64,000 bases of DNA from assembly GCA_951406725.2 (NCBI GenBank), contig OX597814.1, positions 31,248,001 to 31,312,000 on the forward strand. Reading direction: 5' to 3'. The stretch comes from Octopus vulgaris. Lineage: Eukaryota. Positions 39,501 through 52,725 of the stretch are shown here, in pieces. The notes beneath the pieces are model-generated. The model was not told the origin of the DNA. It saw only the letters and a program-made list of their open reading frames with translations, and made no database searches. The position numbers and the translations under genes are program-made. The first letter of the stretch is position 1. Every line of letters begins with the position of its first letter.

Positions 39501-40499
39501 TTATAACAGTCATGTTTGAATATACACCCGTACGACCAACAGGTACATACAGGGTGGCGTATAATTACTGTTATTTGAACTTCAGTCAGAGACTAGTGAG
39601 AAGTATGAAGAACCACCAACTTTTCACCTGCAAGGAAATAATATTCATATTCACGTTAAATGACCTTTACAAAATGAAAGAGATAGAAAATTATCTCCGA
39701 GAAGAATAGTATGCAAGTATATAAACGCAAATACACAACACGTACTCATGGATACAATATATATGTATATATGCGCGTGCCTATGTATGTGTGTGCGTGT
39801 GTGTGCATGTGTATATGTGTGTATATTTATATATCACTGTCTAAATCTATATATGTCTATATGCAAATACACTTGGCAAGCGTATTGTTGCGTTTAGTCT
39901 TTAGACGTTGCACTTGAACTATTACTATCGCTTAACTCTCGAAAGTAAGCAGTTTCAATAATTCAGCATGCTTAAAGGTTATTCACATTACTATCATTAT
40001 CCTGGGTCTATTTCATACGCTCATATTAAATAAGTTTCTTATTCTTCAATAACTCCGCATAATAACGTCTTCACAGCTGCACATAAATACGCACGCATAG
40101 ACACACAGACATACAAAGATACACATAAGTTGCCTCTTCATTTCTGTCAGCGAGTGAAAACTTGTAGGTTTCAAGTGGTTTGAAGACAAGAACAATATTC
40201 AGCCTACAACGAAATTTGAAACTAATATGATAATGAAAATTATTAATTCTACATTAATCTTTTTTCTTCGTCTATATACAGGTTTAATATAATACGTAAA
40301 TAGTATTTAGTGAAATGTATATCGTATATATATTTCATTAAATTTGTTACAAAGCTAGTTGTAGTAAATTAACTTACAAAAAAATGTACTGTAATTAGAA
40401 AGCATGATACATACATTTTTGCCGTATTTTTGGAACAGGGAAATTGGGATATGAGAATCAATCGCGTGGAGAATGTGTGGTCAAAAAAGACATCTACAT

Positions 40500-40980
40500 C
40501 AGATATTACGTCATTATGGCGGTGGTACTGGTTCTCAGCCAAGTGCTTTTTTCATGTTGGGGAATAAATGGTGACAAATTAGAATAGGAATAGTGATCAA
40601 CCAGTTCAAATCCACAGTCACACACAGCAACCTTTGAAACGAAGCACGGGAGTACTGGAGCATTATCCTGATCAACCAAGTGCACTTTCATCAGTGTTGT
40701 TGGGCGTTTTGTCTTGATAGACTTTTGTAACTGCCTCAACAAGTTGGCATAGTATTCTCCATTGATAGTGAGGCCCTTTTTCAAGCAGTCAATAAACTCA
40801 ATGCCTTTTGCATCCCCAAAACCTGATGCCGTCACATTACCTGCTGATGAAATGAATTTGGCCTTCTTTGGAGGATATGAGGAGGGGTGTTTCCATTGCA
40901 TATATTGTTTCTGTCTCTTGCTCAAAGATATGAACCCAACAGGTTTTCAAGAGAAGGTGCTACCGGTTAAATTTAAAATC
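40500..40980 (-). mobile_element. Mariner transposase fragment (Himar/irritans-like)
   Basis: SKRQ..MQWKH.S..PPKKAK..SAG.V.AS.F.DAKGI.FID.L.KG.TINGEYYA.LL..QDNAP. No TIRs recognised. Confidence 0.85.
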
Positions 40981-42293
40981 TCCTTTGAACAATCGTATCT
41001 CAGTTTATCTGGAGGGAGAAAAAACGCAGTTATTGATAATAAGGGTTGAAATTAATGCATGCAAGATTTCACAGCTTTTGCATCAATTCTTCGTGTGTGT
41101 GTGTGTGTGTTTGTGTGTGTGGAATGATAGATAGACAAACATATAGATAGAAAGAGAGAAAGAGAGAAAGAAAGAGAACGAGAGATAGATGCATATAAAC
41201 GCAATTAGGCTTGATAGGTATAAATAAACATATATACATATAAACATAGATGTATAGAAATATATAAATAGAAACATATAATTAACTTTATTCAGAAGAT
41301 AAACACATATGTACAACCATATAGATATTGATATATATAAACAAATATATTTACATAGAGTATACAAATACAAAATATTAAGAAGAGGATGCATAGTTTC
41401 TCTTAACACGACAGCTGTTTCAGGAAGCACAGAATTACGTTATAATCGTATTGAACGTTACTATTATCTCGATAAATGAAGACATGCACGACATTTTAGT
41501 TGTATGATGAATGTTTTTCTTCCAAATTGTTTGCTCAACCACTCTAGTTTCACGTAACACATCAGAACTTTCTCGGTAACTATTTAAGTGTCCTTTACCT
41601 TCTCTCAAACTGCTGTTATTTTCGATGTTTTGTACACTCGTGGAGGGGTAAAGGTATAAATCCATTATTGCTGTGCAGACTACCATTCGCATGTAGTATT
41701 GTTCAATAGTGACGAAGGAGATACACAAATCTCTGATATACATATTCTTTGTCTGGCCACTAATCTTTCCCCTATTGGATGCCAAACATGAACGCTATTC
41801 ATAACTAAGAACCATTCCTAATACATTAAAATCTTAACAGATTCCATTGATAGTAATATTTGTATGTTTGAATGTATGTATATATATATACACACAAGCA
41901 CGCATATATATGTGTGTGTGTGTGCATGCATAAACACATATACGCATCGATATTTCTGTCTGTATATCTGTCTATCTATCTATCTATCTGTATATGTGTG
42001 TATTGTGTGTATGTATGTATATATATGCATGTATGTATATATATGCATGTATGTATATATATGCATGTATGTATGTATGAATATGAATACCGAACGTGCT
42101 TCTTTGTATCTTTGCATTTGTGTATCTCTTTCGAGAGTGCATATATATGTAATGTTATGTGCAGTTTTGGTTATTTATAAAGCTGCCAAATTATCTATGT
42201 GCCCTCTTTACGTAGGTACTCTTATGCATATGTACCCCTATAAATATGTACTCCTCTGTAACTGTACATATACATTTGTATGCCTATTATCGT

Positions 42294-42368
<75 letters not shown>

Positions 42369-42424
42369 CTGTGTGTGTACATGCATATGCTCAGATTTCT
42401 GTAAATGTTGTTTTCATATTTTGA

Positions 42425-42625
42425 GGTAAGGCTAGCAATACAATGGGAGGTAGTTAGTCGATTAAATCGGTCCCAATGCTCAGCTGGTACTTATTTTATT
42501 AACCCTGAAGGAATGAAAGTCAAGGTCGACTTCGTTGGAATTTGAACAGAGAACGAAAAGACGGACGAAGTGCCGCAAAAAAAAACTTTTCCGGCATGCT
42601 AAAGATTCTGCCAGCTCGCCGCCTT
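42425..42625 (-). mobile_element. SINE family B
   Basis: ...gattctgccagctcgccgcctt head on the minus strand. Confidence 0.8.
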
Positions 42626-42986
42626 TTTTTTTCTGTAACATGTTTCTTATTTCTTGCCCATTTTTTTCTTTTGTACTTCTTTATTCACTAACTATAATTC
42701 CATGTAAGAATTCATTTTCTTTTCTCTCGGTGTTTCACATCTCAGAAATAACTTTCTTCTTGTCTGCAAGTCGACTCAATTCTTTCTTCTAAAGCAAATT
42801 TTTTATCCTCTTTTTTTTTTTTTTTTTTACCTATTTTCATGCTAATGAAATAATATCTGTTTGCTTATTTCCAAGCAATTTTTAACACCGGTATTATTAT
42901 TTTTTACCTGTTAAACAAATACAGCCGCTTATATATAAGTTTTGCGTTATATTTTTCTCAACCGAAGATGTAATTATTATATATCA

Positions 42987-43146
42987 CTAGCTGAAACCCT
43001 GCCGTCAAAAATAACGGCTAATTGTAGTATTGTATATATAAATAAGGTAGGAAATAAGGTACACAATAATCACAGATACAAACATTCACATACATACACA
43101 CATATACTCAGACAGAGTTGAAATATTGTTTGATTTCCATTACATA

Positions 43147-43188
<42 letters not shown>

Positions 43189-43558
43189 CACATTCACATA
43201 CCTCCCTTTTACATATACATACATATACTCACACAGACTTGAAACGCTGATTTTGTTTCACCCTTTGCTTCGTTATTCATCTATCACCCCTTCCTTTCTC
43301 ATTCATATGTTGTGACGGAGAAAAACAGATCATACACAACGCGCTCTTTGCCACTATCTTTCTCTCATTGCTATTACTTTCTCTCACTCTTTCTCTCTCA
43401 GTAAGAGCTATTACTCTCACTACTTCTCTTTCACTGAATTACTATTTTCTTTCCTCTCCCTTCTACTCGTTATACTCTTTCTCCTACTCCGTGATTTTGG
43501 ACAAATATATATATATAGAAATATATAAAAATACTATGCTCATTATTATATTAGGAGA
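42987..43558 (-). mobile_element. Non-autonomous Helitron (second family)
   Basis: Minus strand A|TCTCCTAATATAATAA ... gccgttatttttgacggc hairpin ... agCTAG|T. Confidence 0.7.
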
Positions 43559-44175
43559 TTCATGATTACTTTCAGTCTTCCTCACATCAATAATAATTAG
43601 GAACATCTTGGAAAACATGAATAAATATGTTCAAGGTTAGCAAATTTTGTGTTAATATACCCTAACTATATTTACAGATTCTGGCAGTGCTTTTTTTTCA
43701 TTCTCTGCAACCCGCCTTTGCCTCTCCTTATGAGTATTCCGTCAGTGTACTCACAGACGGCATTTGATATTATGCCTCTTGTATACAGTTGTGAATGAGA
43801 AGATGAAAACTTTTCTGAAGATGAAAATATCTTTACATAATTTCTTAGCTATTCACAACGTTGTAGTTATTCCGTATTAGTAGTTTAACTATTTATAAGG
43901 TATTGTTAATCTTTTTCAGGGAAAAATATTCTCATTCATGTGCTAAGTAATGATCCTCCATATTACTTTTTATCATGTTATGTTTTATCTTTATCTTATT
44001 CACACAGCTTTCTCTCAGCGAGTTATCCCTTCATCTATGCCAATGTTCTCAATTCTATGTAACATCCATCACAGTACAGATATTAATATATGATTCTTTC
44101 ATGGAAAAACTCAAGTTGAGGAACAATTACAACATAAACAAGAGCTCATTGATAGAAAGAGAGGTTAAGAATGAA

Positions 44176-44279
44176 GGAATCAAATTCCACACAAGTGTGA
44201 CCATTGTTTCCTAGGACACTTGACCAACATTTGGCCACCTTGTAACTATTCCCTGGATCTTTCCTATAAATTGTAAACT

Positions 44280-44338
<59 letters not shown>

Positions 44339-44372
44339 AAACAAGGGTCACACTTGTGTGAGATTTGATTCC
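44176..44372. repeat. 37-bp inverted repeat bracketing a (TA)n tract
   Basis: ggaatcaaattccacacaagtgtgaccattgtttcct (44176-44212) versus its reverse complement with 3 mismatches (44336-44372). Confidence 0.8.
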
Positions 44373-44422
44373 GTGGATAAGCGAGATGTATACATATATA
44401 TATATATATATATATATATGCA

Positions 44423-44467
<45 letters not shown>

Positions 44468-44470
44468 TTT

Positions 44471-44517
<47 letters not shown>

Positions 44518-44974
44518 GCACTTTTCGACGGAGAACGTGCCCCAATTGATATGCTATGGTAATAGAGATTCTATATAGCATACAACCTCGTTCCTTTACT
44601 GTCGTATTCACCATGATATCATAAGACATTTAGTCACCAAATCTTCCAATATTTTAATGATCCAGTTAGTCTGACTGAATCAGTGGATTTCCTATGGTGC
44701 AACCATCCAGAAATACGTTTACTGTATAAAGTAATGTCATCATGTTAATAATAATTGTTCTATAAGGACCCCGCTACATTCTACTTATGCTTTACTGGAT
44801 TTGACTTGTATAATCATCATCATTTTATAAATGTTCACTCGTACTGCTAGATATAATTTTGGAGAACAGATTATAGATTACTAGCCGATAAATCATAGGG
44901 TTTTTGTAAAGTTGTCCTGTTATTGATTGGCCACGCATTGGTCAAGATGTAAGAAAAATTATATACATAGGATT

Positions 44975-45101
44975 AGGAGTGGCTGTGTGGTAAGTATCTT
45001 GCTTACCAGCCACATGGTTCCGGGATCAGTCCCACTGCATGGCAACTTGGTGTGAGTGGATTTGGTTGATGGAAACTGAAAGAAGCCCGTCATATATATG
45101 C

Positions 45102-45138
<37 letters not shown>

Positions 45139-45355
45139 CATATGTTTGTGTGTCTGTATTTGTCCCCCCAGCATCGCTTGACAACCGATGGTGGTGTGTT
45201 TATGTCCCCGTAACTTAGTGGCTCGGCAAAAGAGACCGATAGAATAAGTACTAGGCTTAGAAAAAATAAGTCCTTTGTTCGATTTGCTCGACTAAAGGCG
45301 GTGCTCCACCATGGCCTCAGTCAAATGACTGAAACAAGTAAAAGAATAAAAGAGA
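44975..45355 (+). mobile_element. SINE family A with an internal deletion in the head region
   Basis: Head, microsatellite and tail are present. About 40 bp after ggcaacttgg is missing relative to the 12906 copy. Confidence 0.9.
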
Positions 45356-46087
45356 ATATATGCTTTGGGTAAATGTGATTATCTCACTCAAACGACATTG
45401 ATCTAGAGAGGTTTTACGAACTTGTAAATGTGTAGCAAATATTCAATCTGCACTTACATCTTATGTTTTATATGAGATAATCGAAAATGCCTTCAATATT
45501 TAAGAAACTTCAATAATAATTTGTTTCACAGCCACATTTTTATCCTCTACGCAACAAAGTGTGACATTTATAAAGTTGTAGAAATAGTAGCAGCAACCGG
45601 GAAAGTAGTTGCAGAAGAAGTACTAGCAAAAAGTGCAGTATTAGCTGTAGTAGCGGTAGATATAGTAGTGTATTAGAAGCAGCAACAGTGTTAGTGGTGG
45701 TCATAGTAATAAGGCCTGCACACTTTGGGTTTTACATTACTTTCGCTGTATTTTTCCACTTCTATATAACCGATAATAGGAATGTCACTGGAGTCTGTCG
45801 GCCCGATGCTATAGTAGAAGACACTAGCCCAAGGTGCCAAGCAGTGGATGTTAAAAATCCTGGTGATTGAAAGCCTCAGCTCTGTCTATTGTTATTTCAA
45901 AATCATTCCTTAAAATCTAGTTTCAATATTTCTTGAAATCTCTAGATACTTTCATGTATATCTCAAACCTGCGAAGAATTTTAAAAGTCCGACTATTCAA
46001 GATACTGAGAAAAAAAAAGGTTTATTATATGTGTGTGTGTGTGAATGAAAAACAAGGAGAAATGGTTGAAGATGCGACAAAATTTTC

Positions 46088-46126
<39 letters not shown>

Positions 46127-46302
46127 TTTTTGAGTAATTAGAACAAATTTAATTTTGTAAATTAAGTGGGGAAAAGATTTATTCTATGGGTATATGTATG
46201 AAAAACGAAAAATGTAAAGATAGGTTTTCCTTCAATAAATGTTATTATATATTAGTTCAACTGAAAAGTACATTCGTAGATGTGTTTGACATATATAACA
46301 TA

Positions 46303-46592
46303 AGTGGCACTCCGTCGATTACGACGGTGAGGGTTCCAGTTAATCCGATTAACGGATCCAAACAGCCTGCCCGTGAAATTAACGTGCAAGTGGCTGAGCA
46401 CTTCACAAATAGGTGTACCCTTAACGTAGTTCTCATGGAGATTCAGCGTAACACAGAATGTGACAAGGCTGGGCCCTTTGAAATACAGGTACTACTCACT
46501 TGTCCACTGAGTGGACAAGAGCAGCGTGAAATAAAGTGCTTGCTCAAGGACACAATGCGTCGCCGGGAATTGAACTCACAATCTTACGATCG
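46303..46592 (-). mobile_element. SINE related to family C (same 3' body as 50867 copy)
   Basis: gcactccgtcgattacgacggtgagggttcc..aacagcctgcccgtgaaattaacgtg..tacccttaacgtagttctc, shared with 50876-51050. Confidence 0.8.
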
Positions 46593-46969
46593 TGAACTTC
46601 CTGAAGTAATTGCCAACCCTTTTCTCACGATCTCAGCTTCCAATAATTCTATAGCTATTATCCTTAAACTCTGACACCTATACACAAACCCAACAACAGC
46701 TACCCACCCTTCAATTACTATTTATCCCATCCCTCTCTCTCTCATCTCCCAACTCTTCCCCGCTACTACTGCCTCCCTTAATACCCTCATTATTAACTAC
46801 CTCCCTCTTTCTAAACTAGCTGTTTTACTTCCTCTCACCATTCCGTCTTTACAATCCCTATAACTCCACCGACCCTCATACTTCCTTCCTCTCTAATACA
46901 GCAACCCTCCACATTTAACCATTCCACCTTTGAACTTCTCTGCATTATAATCTGAAATGTAAGAAGTTA

Positions 46970-47100
46970 TCTACCCTGATGACGGAAACTCGATTAGTCC
47001 AATGTTGATAGCTTCCATTACTGCCGCATATTGTGATGAACTACGTCTACCAACATTATGGTAGATTTCAGAGCCTCTAGAAACAGCTATAAGGCTTACA
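46970..47100 (+). ncRNA. Hammerhead-like motif with ~95-nt stem II insert at a Penelope-like 3' end
   Basis: CTGATGA at 46976-46982 and GAAACAGCTATA at 47080-47091 (near-palindromic stem III). (TA)n follows shortly after. Confidence 0.4.
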
Positions 47101-47152
47101 GCACCTTTCTTCCTCCCTTTTGTCTGCCGTTTGTACTCTGTAAGTTGGCTCG

Positions 47153-47219
<67 letters not shown>

Positions 47220-48921
47220 CGGGAGGCTTTATGAAAATAAACAAAAGACGAAGGCAGGTGGAATACAAACAAACAATTGTATTAGTATGGCGCTCAGGAA
47301 TATAAATAAAACAAGTCTTTTACGTTTCAAGCCTATATATATATATATATATATAAAATTATTTATACTTAAATAGTCATCGTCTGAAAATCTCCACCTG
47401 TTGCTTCCTCTCATGTTGCATGTATACATACATGCATATTTTTTTTATTAAGACAACCCCTTGCAAAATAAAGAAGTGTGTAAGAATAATATACTATGAG
47501 CAAATGTTACAAACTAAAAATGTATAATTATTCTATCGGTTGTAGTACAACTATGAATAGTTATATCGATTTATTTAGCAACAACAGCGACCAATATCAA
47601 TTATACGAAATCAGCGAACAGAAATTAACAATAGGAATATTAGTAAAGCAGCAGTGTCAAATGTCTCACATGTACCACCCAACAATAATATAAACACTAA
47701 AAATTCGAACGGAAGTAAAAATGGGTGTCAGAATTATGTTAAAATAAAAACAACATTTTTCATCGAAATTATATGTCATACACCCGACAGAACGTATGTG
47801 AACATACTGTGCGATGTCAAAGTCACAGAAGTGTGTCTCATCCAATGAAAAATTAAAGGAAACCTTTGCTGATACTTGGAATGAAATTCCTCACATAGAC
47901 CGACGTGTGGAGCTATATAGATCTATATTATTATCAAGTTTTTAGCCATTTATGTGAATTTCTACTGTAGTGGCTAAGTTCACCACCTTGTTGCTGTGGT
48001 CAATGTTTGTTTCAGTGTGCAAAATTCTGAATATATAACTTGTTTTACTTCATTTTCTAGATTTACCTCAGTGTTTCGTCATAATGTGAAATATATCGGT
48101 CATGTTGATGGTCCGTGACTCTGTTACTTGTGTGTTATATGTTATTAGGTGTTGTATAGATAATTAGTTACTGGTGGTAGACGCAATGCATTATACTGTC
48201 TGATCTATTATATGTTAATAATAGTTTTATTGTTGACTTTATTAGCACAAATATTACCATAAATTCCCTAACTCATTTTATCACCAAATTACCAGCACAA
48301 TCACAGTCTCATATTCTAAATTTATTCCTCGAAACTCTTTCCACTTAAATTGATGTTATTTTTTCTTCTAATCAGCTTTTATATATATTGCACAGGTGGA
48401 AACTTTCAAAAGTTATTTTCATAATCGATGCATTGATCGCCATATGTTGTAAGAGGACTTATTACGGCTTTGTAGTATCTTCAGATATCTTTAACTAATT
48501 TGTTTCATTCATCTTGTTCTCCACATTAATGTATCTCTATTTTATCGTTGTATTTTTCTTTGTAATTACAAATATTGAGAAGACAAATGAATAGTCGCTG
48601 CTGAAGGCATTAATTATTTTTAACCTTAGCAGTAAGCCACACATTTGTGCAAGGTGTATTGTCAATTTAATTGATGTAGTTCTTTATTTGTACGTATTTT
48701 ATTGACTCCGGAAGGATAAAAGACAAAATTGATTCCAGGATTTGAACTAAAGACAGAAATTAACACTGCAGAGCAATTTTGACGGTCGCTGCTTCTAGAA
48801 TCTCACAGCCCTTCGTATAATGATTGATTTTTGTATAGTTACACAACTAGTGATATATTGGGAAAGGTTGAGGCAATTAAATCGGCCACAGTATTCCATT
48901 CTTAGTTAAGACAGTATCTTA

Positions 48922-49200
48922 ACTGGCAGAATCGTTAGCACACCGGACAAAATGCTTTGCGACATTTCATCCGTCTTTACGTTCTGAATTCAAATCCCGT
49001 CTCGGTCACCTTTGCCTTTCATCCTTTGCCTTTCATCCCTTCGGGATGTGTGTGTGTGTGTGTGTGTGTGTGGGGGGGTTTCAATAAATTAAGTACAATA
49101 AATTAAGTCAATAAATTAAGTACAAGTTGAGCATTGCGATCGATGATGTAGAATTACCCTCCCCACGAAATTTCTGGCGTGGTTTCAAAATTCGAAAACA
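48922..49200 (+). mobile_element. SINE family B with slippage duplications and an inserted (TG)n
   Basis: actggcagaatcgttagcac head; duplicated tttgcctttcatcc and caataaattaagt. Confidence 0.75.
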
Positions 49201-49414
49201 ATTTAGCGAACTCGGAAAGATGAAATATAAATAATCTCTACCGGCAAAAGAACCCTTAACATAAAGAATCGGTTATACATAATAAGAAAACACTATTGCC
49301 CACTGTTCCTCCACACCACTACCAGCAGCAGCAGCAGCACCACCACCACCACCACCACCACCACCACCACCACCATGACCTACAAGTACTGCTACTAGGT
49401 AATAATATTAATAA

Positions 49415-49651
49415 TCCTTTCTACCAAAGGCACCAGGCCTGAAATTTTTATAGAGGGGACTAGTCGATTGCATCGATCCCAGTGCTCGTCTGCTACTTAT
49501 TTTATCGACCTCGAAAGGATGAAACGCATAGAAGACACCGGCATAATTTGAACTCAGAACATAAAGACGGAGAAAATACCTCTAGGAATTTCGCTCGGCG
49601 TGCTAACGATTCTGCTGGCTCGCCGCCTTCTTCATAATAATAATGATGATG

Positions 49652-49731
<80 letters not shown>

Positions 49732-50126
49732 CCTTTCTACTGTAGGTACAAGTCCTGAAATCTGAGGGAAGGGATTAACTCGATTACATCGACCCCAGTG
49801 CGTAAATGGTACTTATTTATCGAGCTCGAAAGGATGAAAGTCAAAGTCGACCTCGGCGGAACTTGAACTCAGAACGTAGTGACAGACGAAATACCTGTTT
49901 CTTTACTACCCACAAGGGGCTAAACACAGAGAGGACAAACAAGGACAGACAAACGGGTTAAGTCGATTATATCGACCCCAGTGCGTAACTGGTACTTATT
50001 TAATCGACCCCGAAAGGATGAAAGGCAAAGTCGACCTCGGCGGAATTTGAACCCAGAATGTAGCGGCAGACGAAATACCGCTAAGCATTTCGCCCGGCGT
50101 GCTAACGATTCTGCCAGGTCGCCGCT
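49415..50126 (-). mobile_element. Two SINE family B copies separated by (AAT)n
   Basis: Heads at ~49629 and ~50126. The second copy is internally duplicated. Confidence 0.88.
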
Positions 50127-50360
50127 TTCTTCATAATAATAATAATTACAATAATCAAAATAGGAAGTGTGGGTCGCGAAGCACTCGACCTGATCGGCCA
50201 CACTTCTCTCTGCTCCTCGCTCTAACTTTCTCTGTGTTTGTTTAGTCCTTTAGGACATCTTTCATTTCTCCTTTGCGTTACTTCACACTTGTCTGTCTAC
50301 TATCCCACTGCTTATTTTGTTGTACATGTATTATTATCATCATCATCATCATCATCATCA

Positions 50361-50413
<53 letters not shown>

Positions 50414-50473
50414 TATTATTATTATCATCAACATCATTATTATTATTGTTGTTGTTGTTGTTGTTGTTATTAT

Positions 50474-52537
50474 AGACGTCGCACAGTATACGATAACGTG
50501 AGGTTGTTGATTGAAGACATTGTGTCTACCGGGGGTTTGTATTGTTTGTCAAGACACAACAAGGACCCCAGAGAGACAGTACTTGATGCAATATGCGTGC
50601 AGTTCCAAGTAATGCCGACTTTTGCAATACATCTAGATTGTAAGGTATTTCCACGGTTTTCCAGATCTGTTCTCTTTCTTTATATGATGATATACTGATG
50701 CCCTGGCACTGTCACCTCAATTATTTGGCACTCTTGTTTGTTCCTCCTAAAGGTTACTATATCCGGCCTTCGGTGATCTAACACCCTGTCTGTCTGGAAA
50801 TCAAACTCTCAGAGGACTATTGCCTTCTCCTTTTCGTCCATTACCTTTTCCGGGGTATGTTGGTACTTTTTGGAAGCACTCCCTCGGTTACGACGATGAG
50901 GGTTCCGGTTGATCCGATCAACGGAACAGCCTGCTCGTGAAATTAACGTGTAAGTGGCTGAGCACTCCACAGACACGTGTACCCTTAACGTAGTTCTCGG
51001 GGATATTCAGCGTGACACAGAGAGTGACAAGGCCGGCTCTTTGAAATACAGGTACAACAGAAACAGGAAGTAAGAGTGAGAGAAAGTTGTGGTGAAAGAG
51101 TACAGCAGGGATCACCACCATCCCTGCCGGAGCCTCGTGGAGCTTTAGATGTTTTCGCTCAATAAACACGCACAACGCCCGGTCTGAGAATCGAAACCGC
51201 GATCCTACGACCGCGAGTCCGCTGCCCTAACCACTGGGCCATTGCGCCTCCACTATGTTGGTACCTAACCTTATATCCATACTTACGGCATGGTAGCCAT
51301 TGGAAGTTTTTGACTACCCTATCGTGTCTACGTTTGTACTTCTTCCACGCAAGACTTTCACAAGCACTGACAATGTGAGTCACACTTTCGACCCTGTTTC
51401 TGCACATTCTCAGAGGTCCGTTGCACTTGTGTGGTATATAATCTTTTTCACTGAGTTGGTATTCAATGCCTGATCCTGGGCCGCGATGATTATACTTTCA
51501 GCATTCTTTTTAGGCCACCTTTAAGAGCCACTACCATGATGCTTCCTGATTTTTTTAATCTGTTGGTTTCGCGCTGGAACTGACCGTGTAATTCTCTCTC
51601 GTTGGCTCTTCTTGATCGAAATTCATGCGCAGTCTCAAGTCCATTTTTGTTAACTCCCTCTGCACTAGCAGCATACTGTAGTAGTTCTTGTTTGCTGTTC
51701 ACCAAATCTTCTGCCATGTTAATTCTTTCAATTCTGATGCACTCCCGTACGCTAATCAGCGCACGCCCACCTTTACCTCTCTTCATGTAGAGCCTGTGTA
51801 CATTTGCCTTAGGATGGAGGGCACCATGCGTTATTATTGTCTTTCGGGTAGTGCGATCGAATTGGTCAATCTCCTCTTGTGTCCATTTCAGAATGGGTGC
51901 ACTTTAGCGGACTACAGCAACATCCCATATGTTGATGGCAGTCACAAGGTTCCTTGAGTTGAGTTTTATTTCAAGAGAAGCTTGGGATGATTGAAATATA
52001 CAGTGATGACATTGTCATTCATTTCTTTATGCAAGGTATTGTTCAGCTTTAGGATACCAAAGTTCTTGTACCCATCATCATCTGGGTCTTTCATTCACTC
52101 TCCGTTTGGCAATTCTATGCCCCTACAATTTACTCTTTTACCCCACTTCAAAGTAAGCACCGTACACTTCGAGAGACCGAATTCCATCCCTATATCTCCT
52201 TCCTGCACATTTGCACAATCTCTACCAGCCTCTCCTTTTCAGGCTCTGTTTTTATGAACAGTTCTAAATCATCCATGAAGAGAAGGTGGTTGTGACGAGG
52301 TCCATTCCTTTCTCAGCTCATAGTGTACGCTGATTTTGCGTAGAACTACAGAAAGTCGGATCAAAGCTATACTAAATAACAGAGGTGAACAAGAGTCTTC
52401 TTGGAAGATACCTCTTTTAATAGTTACCTTGGTTAAGGGTTGGTTGTTACAAGAAAGACGTGTTTTGCAACTAGGCATGATGTTCTTAATCAGTGCAACA
52501 TATCGTAAGCCTTTTTGAAGTCTATCCAGGCCATGCC

Positions 52538-52540
<3 letters not shown>
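50474..52540 (-). mobile_element. R4/Dong-like LINE, 5'-truncated, interrupted by a SINE, flanked by (TAA)n
   Basis: RT motifs IKRGIFQEDSCSPLLF and HLLFMDD, CCHC (C.NRVESVTHIVSAC..L..YKRRHD) and RLE (HRRPDIV). (TTA)n-type tracts at both ends. Confidence 0.9.
50867..51253 (-). mobile_element. SINE family C, tail variant 2, nested in the LINE with 11-bp TSD
   Basis: TSD tatgttggtac at 50856-50866 and 51254-51264. Confidence 0.92.
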
Positions 52541-52586
<46 letters not shown>

Positions 52587-52587
<1 letters not shown>

Positions 52588-52725
52588 GCCGTCGCATAAT
52601 ATACAATATCATGAGGTTCTTGATTGAAGACGTTGTGTCTACCGGTGGTTTGTACTGCTTATCAAGTCACAGACAGATCGTGCCTGACACAATATGCGTG
52701 CAGTTCCATGTAATGCAGACTTTTG
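52587..52725 (-). mobile_element. Short second 3' end of the same R4/Dong-like family
   Basis: Colinear with 50474-50625 (ttgattgaagac.ttgtgtctaccgg...caatatgcgtgcagttcca). Its tail is the (TTA)n at 52542-52586. Confidence 0.85.

Noticed and set aside
41435-41785. 116-aa ORF
   Set aside because: Non-ATG start and no recognisable domain; likely chance or a decayed repeat.
43678-43770. Possible exon after tatatttacag (ILAVLFFHSLQPAFA...)
   Set aside because: Short frames ending in stops and no recognisable homology; at most a candidate 3'UTR exon.
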